In this document: positions 14,601 to 27,338 of the stretch, piece by piece
How positions within the stretch are numbered: position 1 is the stretch's first letter
How the letters are laid out: every line of letters begins with the position of its first letter
Origin: Auanema rhodensis
Taxonomy: Eukaryota; Animalia; Nematoda
Direction of reading: 5' to 3'
Length of the DNA stretch: 64,000 bases
NCBI GenBank assembly: GCA_964057225.1
Contig: CAXKVF010000080.1
Location: forward strand, 124,001 to 188,000
The notes under the pieces: generated by a model
What the model was told of the DNA's origin: nothing
The model's input: the letters and a program-made list of their open reading frames with translations, nothing else
Database searches by the model: none
Made by a program: the position numbers and the translations under genes

Positions 14601-17600
14601 GCTTCACGTGAAAGATAAAGAGATGCGGTTTTCAAAATTAGATTCCCCATGTCCATATTAGTCTAAAAACAAATTTTTATTGATATTGGTTCATGGTAAC
14701 CATGACTTTGAATTTTACGTGAACTTTAATTTATGCTAATTAAATGTACACGTGATGTGCACTTGGTATGTAACTCGCTTCACGTGAAAGATAAAGAAAT
14801 GCGGTTTTCAAAATTAGATTCCCCATGTCCATATTAGTCTAAAAACAAATTTTTATTGATATTGGTTCATGGTAACCATGACTTTGAAATTTACGTGAAC
14901 TTTAATTTATGCTAATTAAATGTACACGTGATGTGCACTTGGTATGTAACTCGCTTCACGTGAAAGATAAAGAGATGCGGTTTTCAAAAATAGATTCCCC
15001 ATGTCCATATTAGTCTAAAAACAAATTTTTATTGATATTGGTTCATGGTAACCATGACTTTGAAATTTACGTGAACTTTAATTTATGCTAATTAAATGTA
15101 CACGTGATGTGCACTTGGTATGTAACTCGCTTCACGTGAAAGATAAAGAGATGCGGTTTTCAAAATTAGATTCCCCATGTCCATATTAGTCTAAAAACAA
15201 ATTTTTATTGATATTGGTTCATGGTAACCATGACTTTGAATTTTACGTGAACTTTAATTTATGCTAATCAAATGTACACGTGATGTGCACTTGGTATGTA
15301 ACTCGCTTCACGTGAAAGATAAAGAGATGCGGTTTTCAAAATTAGATTCCCCATGTCCATATTAGTCTAAAAACAAATTTTTATTGATATTGCTTCATGG
15401 TAACCATGACTTTGAAATTTACGTGAACTTTAATTTATGCTAATTAAATGTACACGTGATGTGCACTTGGTATGTAACTCGCTTCACGTGAAAGATAAAG
15501 AGATGCGGTTTTCAAAATTAGATTCCCCATGTCCATATTAGTCTAAAAACAAATTTTTATTGATATTGGTTCATGGTAACCATGACTTTGAATTTTACGT
15601 GAACTTTAATTTATGCTAATTAAATGTACACGTGATGTGCACTTGGTATGTAACTCGCTTCATGTGAAAGATAAAGAAATGCGGTTTTCAAAATTAGATT
15701 CCCCATGTCCATATTAGTCTAAAAACAAATTTTTATTGATATTGGTTCATGGTAACCATGACTTTGAAATTTACGTGAACTTTAATTTATGCTAATTAAA
15801 TGTACACGTGATGTGCACTTGGTATGTAACTCGCTTCACGTGAAAGATAAAGAGATGCGGTTTTCAAAATTAGATTCCCCATGTCCATATTAGTCTAAAA
15901 ACAAATTTTTATTGATATTGGTTCATGGTAACCATGACTTTGAAATTTACGTGAACTTTAATTTATGCTAATTAAATGTACACGTGATGTGCACTTGGTA
16001 TGTAACTCGCTTCACGTGAAAGATAAAGAGATGCGGTTTTCAAAATTAGATTCCCCATGTCCATATTAGTCTAAAAACAAATTTTTATTGATATTGCTTC
16101 ATGGTAACCATGACTTTGAAATTTACGTGAACTTTAATTTATGCTAATTAAATGTACACGTGATGTGCACTTGGTATGTAACTCGCTTCACGTGAAAGAT
16201 AAAGAGATGCGGTTTTCAAAATTAGATTCCCCATGTCCATATTAGTCTAAAAACAAATTTTTATTGATATTGCTTCATGGTAACCATGACTTTGAAATTT
16301 ACGTGAACTTTAATTTATGCTAATTAAATGTACACGTGATGTGCACTTGGTATGTAACTCGCTTCACGTGAAAGATAAAGAGATGCGGTTTTCAAAATTA
16401 GATTCCCCATGTCCATATTAGTCTAAAAACAAATTTTTATTGATATTGGTTCATGGTAACCATGACTTTGAAATTTACGTGAACTTTAATTAATGCTAAT
16501 TAAATGTACACGTGATGTGCACTTGGTATGTAACTCGCTTCACGTGAAAGATAAAGAGATGCGGTTTTCAAAATTAGATTCCCCATGTCCATATTAGTCT
16601 AAAAACAAATTTTTATTGATATTGCTTCATGGTAACCATGACTTTGAAATTTACGTGAACTTTAATTAATGCTAATTAAATGTACACGTGATGTGCACTT
16701 GGTATGTAACTCGCTTCACGTGAAAGATAAAGAGATGCGGTTTTCAAAATTAGATTCCCCATGTCCATATTAGTCTAAAAACAAATTTTTATTGATATTG
16801 GTGCATGGTAACCATGACTTTGAAATTTACGTGAACTTTAATTTATGCTAATTAAATGTACACGTGATGTGCACTTGGTATGTAACTCGCTTCACGTGAA
16901 AGATAAAGAGATGCGGTTTTCAAAATTAGATTCCCCATGTCCATATTAGTCTAAAAACAAATTTTTATTGATATTGGTGCATGGTAACCATGACTTTGAA
17001 ATTTACGTGAACTTTAATTTATGCTAATTAAATGTACACGTGATGTGCACTTGGTATGTAACTCGCTTCACGTGAAAGATAAAGAGATGCGGTTTTCAAA
17101 ATTAGATTCCCCATGTCCATATTAGTCTAAAAACAAATTTTTATTGATATTGGTTCATGGTAACCATGACTTTGAAATTTACGTGAACTTTAATTTATGC
17201 TAATTAAATGTACACGTGATGTGCACTTGGTATGTAACTCGCTTCACGTGAAAGATAAAGAGATGCGGTTTTCAAAATTAGATTCCCCATGTCCATATTA
17301 GTCTAAAAACAAATTTTTATTGATATTGCTTCATGGTAACCATGACTTTGAAATTTACGTGAACTTTAATTTATGCTAATTAAATGTACACGTGATGTGC
17401 ACTTGGTATGTAACTCGCTTCACGTGAAAGATAAAGAGATGCGGTTTTCAAAATTAGATTCCCCATGTCCATATTAGTCTAAAAACAAATTTTTATTGAT
17501 ATTGGTTCATGGTAACCATGACTTTGAATTTTACGTGAACTTTAATTTATGCTAATTAAATGTACACGTGATGTGCACTTGGTATGTAACTCGCTTCACG

Positions 17601-20600
17601 TGAAAGATAAAGAGATGCGGTTTTCAAAATTAGATTCCCCATGTCCATATTAGTCTAAAAACAAATTTTTATTGATATTGGTTCATGGTAACCATGACTT
17701 TGAAATTTACGTGAACTTTAATTAATGCTAATTAAATGTACACGTGATGTGCACTTGGTATGTAACTCGCTTCACGTGAAAGATAAAGAGATGCGGTTTT
17801 CAAAATTAGATTCCCCATGTCCATATTAGTCTAAAAACAAATTTTTATTGATATTGCTTCATGGTAACCATGACTTTGAAATTTACGTGAACTTTAATTT
17901 ATGCTAATTAAATGTACACGTGATGTGCACTTGGTATGTAACTCGCTTCACGTGAAAGATAAAGAGATGCGGTTTTCAAAATTAGATTCCCCATGTCCAT
18001 ATTAGTCTAAAAACAAATTTTTATTGATATTGGTTCATGGTAACCATGACTTTGAATTTTACGTGAACTTTAATTTATGCTAATTAAATGTACACGTGAT
18101 GTGCACTTGGTATGTAACTCGCTTCACGTGAAAGATAAAGAAATGCGGTTTTGAAAATTAGATTCCCCATGTCCATATTAGTCTAAAAACAAATTTTTAT
18201 TGATATTGGTTCATGGTAACCATGACTTTGAAATTTACGTGAACTTTAATTTATGCTAATTAAATGTACACGTGATGTGCACTTGGTATGTAACTCGCTT
18301 CACGTGAAAGATAAAGAGATGCGGTTTTCAAAATTAGATTCCCCATGTCCATATTAGTCTAAAAACAAATTTTTATTGATATTGCTTCATGGTAACCATG
18401 ACTTTGAAATTTACGTGAACTTTAATTTATGCTAATTAAATGTACACGTGATGTGCACTTGGTATGTAACTCGCTTCACGTGAAAGATAAAGAGATGCGG
18501 TTTTCAAAATTAGATTCCCCATGTCCATATTAGTCTAAAAACAAATTTTTATTGATATTGGTGCATGGTAACCATGACTTTGAAATTTACGTGAACTTTA
18601 ATTTATGCTAATTAAATGTACACGTGATGTGCACTTGGTATGTAACTCGCTTCACGTGAAAGATAAAGAGATGCGGTTTTCAAAATTAGATTCCCCATGT
18701 CCATATTAGTCTAAAAACAAATTTTTATTGATATTGGTTCATGGTAACCATGACTTTGAAATTTACGTGAACTTTAATTTATGCTAATTAAATGTACACG
18801 TGATGTGCACTTGGTATGTAACTCGCTTCACGTGAAAGATAAAGAGATGCGGTTTTCAAAATTAGATTCCCCATGTCCATATTAGTCTAAAAACAAATTT
18901 TTATTGATATTGCTTCATGGTAACCATGACTTTGAAATTTACGTGAACTTTAATTTATGCTAATTAAATGTACACGTGATGTGCACTTGGTATGTAACTC
19001 GCTTCACGTGAAAGATAAAGAGATGCGGTTTTCAAAATTAGATTCCCCATGTCCATATTAGTCTAAAAACAAATTTTTATTGATATTGGTTCATGGTAAC
19101 CATGACTTTGAATTTTACGTGAACTTTAATTTATGCTAATTAAATGTACACGTGATGTGCACTTGGTATGTAACTCGCTTCACGTGAAAGATAAAGAGAT
19201 GCGGTTTTCAAAATTAGATTCCCCATGTCCATATTAGTCTAAAAACAAATTTTTATTGATATTGGTTCATGGTAACCATGACTTTGAAATTTACGTGAAC
19301 TTTAATTAATGCTAATTAAATGTACACGTGATGTGCACTTGGTATGTAACTCGCTTCACGTGAAAGATAAAGAGATGCGGTTTTCAAAATTAGATTCCCC
19401 ATGTCCATATTAGTCTAAAAACAAATTTTTATTGATATTGCTTCATGGTAACCATGACTTTGAAATTTACGTGAACTTTAATTTATGCTAATTAAATGTA
19501 CACGTGATGTGCACTTGGTATGTAACTCGCTTCACGTGAAAGATAAAGAGATGCGGTTTTCAAAATTAGATTCCCCATGTCCATATTAGTCTAAAAACAA
19601 ATTTTTATTGATATTGGTTCATGGTAACCATGACTTTGAATTTTACGTGAACTTTAATTTATGCTAATTAAATGTACACGTGATGTGCACTTGGTATGTA
19701 ACTCGCTTCACGTGAAAGATAAAGAAATGCGGTTTTGAAAATTAGATTCCCCATGTCCATATTAGTCTAAAAACAAATTTTTATTGATATTGGTTCATGG
19801 TAACCATGACTTTGAAATTTACGTGAACTTTAATTTATGCTAATTAAATGTACACGTGATGTGCACTTGGTATGTAACTCGCTTCACGTGAAAGATAAAG
19901 AGATGCGGTTTTCAAAATTAGATTCCCCATGTCCATATTAGTCTAAAAACAAATTTTTATTGATATTGCTTCATGGTAACCATGACTTTGAAATTTACGT
20001 GAACTTTAATTTATGCTAATTAAATGTACACGTGATGTGCACTTGGTATGTAACTCGCTTCACGTGAAAGATAAAGAGATGCGGTTTTCAAAATTAGATT
20101 CCCCATGTCCATATTAGTCTAAAAACAAATTTTTATTGATATTGGTTCATGGTAACCATGACTTTGAATTTTACGTGAACTTTAATTTATGCTAATTAAA
20201 TGTACACGTGATGTGCACTTGGTATGTAACTCGCTTCACGTGAAAGATAAAGAAATGCGGTTTTCAAAATTAGATTCCCCATGTCCATATTAGTCTAAAA
20301 ACAAATTTTTATTGATATTGCTTCATGGTAACCATGACTTTGAAATTTACGTGAACTTTAATTTATGCTAATTAAATGTACACGTGATGTGCACTTGGTA
20401 TGTAACTCGCTTCACGTGAAAGATAAAGAGATGCGGTTTTCAAAATTAGATTCCCCATGTCCATATTAGTCTAAAAACAAATTTTTATTGATATTGGTTC
20501 ATGGTAACCATGACTTTGAAATTTACGTGAACTTTAATTAATGCTAATTAAATGTACACGTGATGTGCACTTGGTATGTAACTCGCTTCACGTGAAAGAT

Positions 20601-23600
20601 AAAGAGATGCGGTTTTCAAAATTAGATTCCCCATGTCCATATTAGTCTAAAAACAAATTTTTATTGATATTGCTTCATGGTAACCATGACTTTGAAATTT
20701 ACGTGAACTTTAATTTATGCTAATTAAATGTACACGTGATGTGCACTTGGTATGTAACTCGCTTCACGTGAAAGATAAAGAGATGCGGTTTTCAAAATTA
20801 GATTCCCCATGTCCATATTAGTCTAAAAACAAATTTTTATTGATATTGGTTCATGGTAACCATGACTTTGAATTTTACGTGAACTTTAATTTATGCTAAT
20901 TAAATGTACACGTGATGTGCACTTGGTATGTAACTCGCTTCACGTGAAAGATAAAGAAATGCGGTTTTGAAAATTAGATTCCCCATGTCCATATTAGTCT
21001 AAAAACAAATTTTTATTGATATTGGTTCATGGTAACCATGACTTTGAAATTTACGTGAACTTTAATTTATGCTAATTAAATGTACACGTGATGTGCACTT
21101 GGTATGTAACTCGCTTCACGTGAAAGATAAAGAGATGCGGTTTTCAAAATTAGATTCCCCATGTCCATATTAGTCTAAAAACAAATTTTTATTGATATTG
21201 CTTCATGGTAACCATGACTTTGAAATTTACGTGAACTTTAATTTATGCTAATTAAATGTACACGTGATGTGCACTTGGTATGTAACTCGCTTCACGTGAA
21301 AGATAAAGAGATGCGGTTTTCAAAATTAGATTCCCCATGTCCATATTAGTCTAAAAACAAATTTTTATTGATATTGGTTCATGGTAACCATGACTTTGAA
21401 TTTTACGTGAACTTTAATTTATGCTAATTAAATGTACACGTGATGTGCACTTGGTATGTAACTCGCTTCACGTGAAAGATAAAGAAATGCGGTTTTCAAA
21501 ATTAGATTCCCCATGTCCATATTAGTCTAAAAACAAATTTTTATTGATATTGCTTCATGGTAACCATGACTTTGAAATTTACGTGAACTTTAATTTATGC
21601 TAATTAAATGTACACGTGATGTGCACTTGGTATGTAACTCGCTTCACGTGAAAGATAAAGAGATGCGGTTTTCAAAATTAGATTCCCCATGTCCATATTA
21701 GTCTAAAAACAAATTTTTATTGATATTGGTTCATGGTAACCATGACTTTGAATTTTACGTGAACTTTAATTTATGCTAATTAAATGTACACGTGATGTGC
21801 ACTTGGTATGTAACTCGCTTCACGTGAAAGATAAAGAGATGCGGTTTTCAAAATTAGATTCCCCATGTCCATATTAGTCTAAAAACAAATTTTTATTGAT
21901 ATTGGTTCATGGTAACCATGACTTTGAAATTTACGTGAACTTTAATTAATGCTAATTAAATGTACACGTGATGTGCACTTGGTATGTAACTCGCTTCACG
22001 TGAAAGATAAAGAGATGCGGTTTTCAAAATTAGATTCCCCATGTCCATATTAGTCTAAAAACAAATTTTTATTGATATTGCTTCATGGTAACCATGACTT
22101 TGAAATTTACGTGAACTTTAATTTATGCTAATTAAATGTACACGTGATGTGCACTTGGTATGTAACTCGCTTCACGTGAAAGATAAAGAGATGCGGTTTT
22201 CAAAATTAGATTCCCCATGTCCATATTAGTCTAAAAACAAATTTTTATTGATATTGGTTCATGGTAACCATGACTTTGAATTTTACGTGAACTTTAATTT
22301 ATGCTAATTAAATGTACACGTGATGTGCACTTGGTATGTAACTCGCTTCACGTGAAAGATAAAGAAATGCGGTTTTCAAAATTAGATTCCCCATGTCCAT
22401 ATTAGTCTAAAAACAAATTTTTATTGATATTGGTTCATGGTAACCATGACTTTGAAATTTACGTGAACTTTAATTTATGCTAATTAAATGTACACGTGAT
22501 GTGCACTTGGTATGTAACTCGCTTCACGTGAAAGATAAAGAGATGCGGTTTTCAAAATTAGATTCCCCATGTCCATATTAGTCTAAAAACAAATTTTTAT
22601 TGATATTGCTTCATGGTAACCATGACTTTGAAATTTACGTGAACTTTAATTTATGCTAATTAAATGTACACGTGATGTGCACTTGGTATGTAACTCGCTT
22701 CACGTGAAAGATAAAGAGATGCGGTTTTCAAAATTAGATTCCTCATGTCCATATTAGTCTAAAAACAAATTTTTATTGATATTGGTTCATGGTAACCATG
22801 ACTTTGAATTTTACGTGAACTTTAATTTATGCTAATTAAATGTACACGTGATGTGCACTTGGTATGTAACTCGCTTCACGTGAAAGATAAAGAAATGCGG
22901 TTTTCAAAATTAGATTCCCCATGTCCATATTAGTCTAAAAACAAATTTTTATTGATATTGGTTCATGGTAACCATGACTTTGAAATTTACGTGAACTTTA
23001 ATTTATGCTAATTAAATGTACACGTGATGTGCACTTGGTATGTAACTCGCTTCACGTGAAAGATAAAGAGATGCGGTTTTCAAAATTAGATTCCCCATGT
23101 CCATATTAGTCTAAAAACAAATTTTTATTGATATTGCTTCATGGTAACCATGACTTTGAAATTTACGTGAACTTTAATTTATGCTAATTAAATGTACACG
23201 TGATGTGCACTTGGTGTGTAACTCGCTTCACGTGAAAGATAAAGAGATGCGGTTTTCAAAATTAGATTCCCCATGTCCATATTAGTCTAAAAACAAATTT
23301 TTATTGATATTGCTTCATGGTAACCATGACTTTGAAATTTACGTGAACTTTAATTTATGCTAATTAAATGTACACGTGATGTGCACTTGGTATGTAACTC
23401 GCTTCACGTGAAAGATAAAGAGATGCGGTTTTCAAAATTAGATTCCCCATGTCCATATTAGTCTAAAAACAAATTTTTATTGATATTGGTTCATGGTAAC
23501 CATGACTTTGAAATTTACGTGAACTTTAATTAATGCTAATTAAATGTACACGTGATGTGCACTTGGTATGTAACTCGCTTCACGTGAAAGATAAAGAGAT

Positions 23601-23760
23601 GCGGTTTTCAAAATTAGATTCCCCATGTCCATATTAGTCTAAAAACAAATTTTTATTGATATTGCTTCATGGTAACCATGACTTTGAAATTTACGTGAAC
23701 ATTAATTTATGCTAATTAAATGTACACGTGATGTGCACTTGGTATGTAACTCGCTTCACG

Positions 23761-26700
23761 TGAAAGATAAAGAGATGCGGTTTTCAAAATTAGATTCCCC
23801 ATGTCCATATTAGTCTAAAAACAAATTTTTATTGATATTGGTTTATGGTAACCATGACTTTGAATTTTACGTGAACTTTAATTTATGCTAATTAAATGTA
23901 CACGTGATGTGCACTTGGTATGTAACTCGCTTCACGTGAAAGATAAAGAAATGCGGTTTTCAAAATTAGATTCCCCATGTCCATATTAGTCTAAAAACAA
24001 ATTTTTATTGATATTGGTTCATGGTAACCATGACTTTGAAATTTACGTGAACTTTAATTTATGCTAATTAAATGTACACGTGATGTGCACTTGGTATGTA
24101 ACTCGCTTCACGTGAAAGATAAAGAGATGCGGTTTTCAAAATTAGATTCCCCATGTCCATATTAGTCTAAAAACAAATTTTTATTGATATTGCTTCATGG
24201 TAACCATGACTTTGAAACTTACGTGAACTTTAATTTATGCTAATTAAATGTACACGTGATGTGCACTTGGTATGTAACTCGCTTCACGTGAAAGATAAAG
24301 AGATGCGGTTTTCAAAATTAGATTCCCCATGTCCATATTAGTCTAAAAACAAATTTTTATTGATATTGGTTCATGGTAACCATGACTTTGAATTTTACGT
24401 GAACTTTAATTTATGCTAATTAAATGTACACGTGATGTGCACTTGGTATGTAACTCGCTTCACGTGAAAGATAAAGAAATGCGGTTTTCAAAATTAGATT
24501 CCCCATGTCCATATTAGTCTAAAAACAAATTTTTATTAATATTGGTTCATGGTAACCATGACTTTGAAATTTACGTGAACTTTAATTTATGCTAATTAAA
24601 TGTACACGTGATGTGCACTTGGTATGTAACTCGCTTCACGTGAAAGATAAAGAGATGCGGTTTTCAAAATTAGATTCCCCATGTCCATATTAGTCTAAAA
24701 ACAAATTTTTATTGATATTGCTTCATGGTAACCATGACTTTGAAATTTACGTGAACTTTAATTTATGCTAATTAAATGTACACGTGATGTGCACTTGGTA
24801 TGTAACTCGCTTCACGTGAAAGATAAAGAGATGCGGTTTTCAAAATTAGATTCCCCCTGTCCATATTAGTCTAAAAACAAATTTTTATTGATATTGCTTC
24901 ATGGTAACCATGACTTTGAAATTTACGTGAACTTTAATTTATGCTATGTAAATGTACACGTGATGTGCACTTGGTATGTAACTCGCTTCACGTGAAAGAT
25001 AAAGAGATGCGGTTTTCAAAATTAGATTCCCCATGTCCATATTAGTCTAAAAACAAATTTTTATTGATATTGCTTCATGGTAACCATGACTTTGAAATTT
25101 ACGTGAACTTTAATTTATGCTAATTAAATGTACACGTGATGTGCACTTGGTATGTAACTCGCTTCACGTGAAAGATAAAGAGATGCGGTTTTCAAAATTA
25201 GATTCCCCATGTCCATATTAGTCTAAAAACAAATTTTTATTGATATTGGTGCATGGTAACCATGACTTTGAAATTTACGTGAACTTTAATTTATGCTAAT
25301 TAAATGTACACGTGATGTGCACTTGGTATGTAACTCGCTTCACGTGAAAGATAAAGAGATGCGGTTTTCAAAATTAGATTCCCCATGTCCATATTAGTCT
25401 AAAAACAAATTTTTATTGATATTGGTTTATGGTAACCATGACTTTGAATTTTACGTGAACTTTAATTTATGCTAATTAAATGTACACGTGATGTGCACTT
25501 GGTATGTAACTCGCTTCACGTGAAAGATAAAGAAATGCGGTTTTCAAAATTAGATTCCCCATGTCCATATTAGTCTAAAAACAAATTTTTATTGATATTG
25601 GTTCATGGTAACCATGACTTTGAAATTTACGTGAACTTTAATTTATGCTAATTAAATGTACACGTGATGTGCACTTGGTATGTAACTCGCTTCACGTGAA
25701 AGATAAAGAGATGCGGTTTTCAAAATTAGATTCCCCATGTCCATATTAGTCTAAAAACAAATTTTTATTGATATTGCTTCATGGTAACCATGACTTTGAA
25801 ACTTACGTGAACTTTAATTTATGCTAATTAAATGTACACGTGATGTGCACTTGGTATGTAACTCGCTTCACGTGAAAGATAAAGAGATGCGGTTTTCAAA
25901 ATTAGATTCCCCATGTCCATATTAGTCTAAAAACAAATTTTTATTGATATTGGTTCATGGTAACCATGACTTTGAATTTTACGTGAACTTTAATTTATGC
26001 TAATTAAATGTACACGTGATGTGCACTTGGTATGTAACTCGCTTCACGTGAAAGATAAAGAAATGCGGTTTTCAAAATTAGATTCCCCATGTCCATATTA
26101 GTCTAAAAACAAATTTTTATTAATATTGGTTCATGGTAACCATGACTTTGAAATTTACGTGAACTTTAATTTATGCTAATTAAATGTACACGTGATGTGC
26201 ACTTGGTATGTAACTCGCTTCACGTGAAAGATAAAGAGATGCGGTTTTCAAAATTAGATTCCCCATGTCCATATTAGTCTAAAAACAAATTTTTATTGAT
26301 ATTGCTTCATGGTAACCATGACTTTGAAATTTACGTGAACTTTAATTTATGCTAATTAAATGTACACGTGATGTGCACTTGGTATGTAACTCGCTTCACG
26401 TGAAAGATAAAGAGATGCGGTTTTCAAAATTAGATTCCCCCTGTCCATATTAGTCTAAAAACAAATTTTTATTGATATTGCTTCATGGTAACCATGACTT
26501 TGAAATTTACGTGAACTTTAATTTATGCTATGTAAATGTACACGTGATGTGCACTTGGTATGTAACTCGCTTCACGTGAAAGATAAAGAGATGCGGTTTT
26601 CAAAATTAGATTCCCCATGTCCATATTAGTCTAAAAACAAATTTTTATTGATATTGCTTCATGGTAACCATGACTTTGAAATTTACGTGAACTTTAATTT

Positions 26701-26928
26701 ATGCTAATTAAATGTACACGTGATGTGCACTTGGTATGTAACTCGCTTCACGTGAAAGATAAAGAGATGCGGTTTTCAAAATTAGATTCCCCATGTCCAT
26801 ATTAGTCTAAAAACAAATTTTTATTGATATTGGTGCATGGTAACCATGACTTTGAAATTTACGTGAACTTTAATTTATGCTAATTAAATGTACACGTGAT
26901 GTGCACTTGGTATGTAACTCGCTTCACG
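23761..26928. repeat. 9-monomer (1584-bp) higher-order tandem duplication abutting the LINE
   Basis: Five rare variants each recur at exactly +1584: 23844/25428, 24218/25802, 24538/26122, 24857/26441, and 'atgctatgta' at 24941/26525. Confidence 0.9.
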
Positions 26929-26953
26929 TGAAAGATAAAGAGATGCGGTTTTC

Positions 26954-27003
26954 AAAAAAGAAGAAAAAAGTACCTTACTAAAACAAGAAAAAAGTACCTT
27001 ACT
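26954..27003 (-). other. 5' junction insert: two inverted copies of the element's own 5' UTR
   Basis: 26954-26984 is the exact reverse complement (31/31) of 27113-27143. 26985-27003 is the reverse complement (19/19) of 27118-27136. The first AAAA (26954-26957) is shared with the satellite. Confidence 0.93.
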
Positions 27004-27048
27004 CACATTTTCGACTCCTCGTGGTCACATTTTCGACTCCTCGTGGTC
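27003..27048 (+). repeat. 22-bp perfect tandem duplication at the element 5' end (tcacattttcgactcctcgtgg x2 + tc)
   Basis: 27003-27024 equals 27025-27046. Confidence 0.95.
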
Positions 27049-27126
27049 GGTTGTCTCCCTACTGCTCCAACCCCGCCGCAACCGAAGTCTGCTCTTGTTT
27101 TACGCCGGATTGGTTTTAGTAAGGTA

Positions 27127-27327
27127 CTTTTTTCTTCTTTTTTCTTTTTCTTTTTTTTCCGTATTCATTTATTTCCTTTTTCTTTTTTTCTTTCATTTTT
27201 CTCTCTCTTCTCTTTCTTTTCTTTTTCATATCCTCTCTATATCTTCTTTTTTCCTTTCTTTCTTCTTTTTATTTTTCTTCTTTTTATCATTTCCTTTATC
27301 TTTATTTTTTCTTTCCTTACTTTTTAC
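27127..27327 (+). repeat. About 200-nt T/C-rich low-complexity tract in the LINE 5' UTR
   Basis: Almost entirely T/C with scattered A and a single G (27161). Confidence 0.92.
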
Positions 27328-27338
27328 GCTCTGTCATT

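Larger units (their letters stand above)
1..26957. repeat. 176-bp tandem satellite array, left arm (153 monomers + 29 bp; continues beyond window start)
   Basis: Unit tgaaagataaagagatgcggttttcaaaattag...tgtaactcgcttcacg recurs at 1, 177, ... 26929. Phase is preserved every 2640 bp (15 x 176). Only single or double substitutions differ between monomers. The array ends at monomer position 29 (ttttcaaaa, 26957). Confidence 0.99.

Noticed and set aside
27112-27127. GGTTTTAGTAAG/GTAC resembling a nematode SL2 leader and donor; the 22-nt 5' repeat equals SL length
   Set aside because: Only the ends resemble SL2, the length is wrong, and the 22-mer does not match SL1 or SL2.
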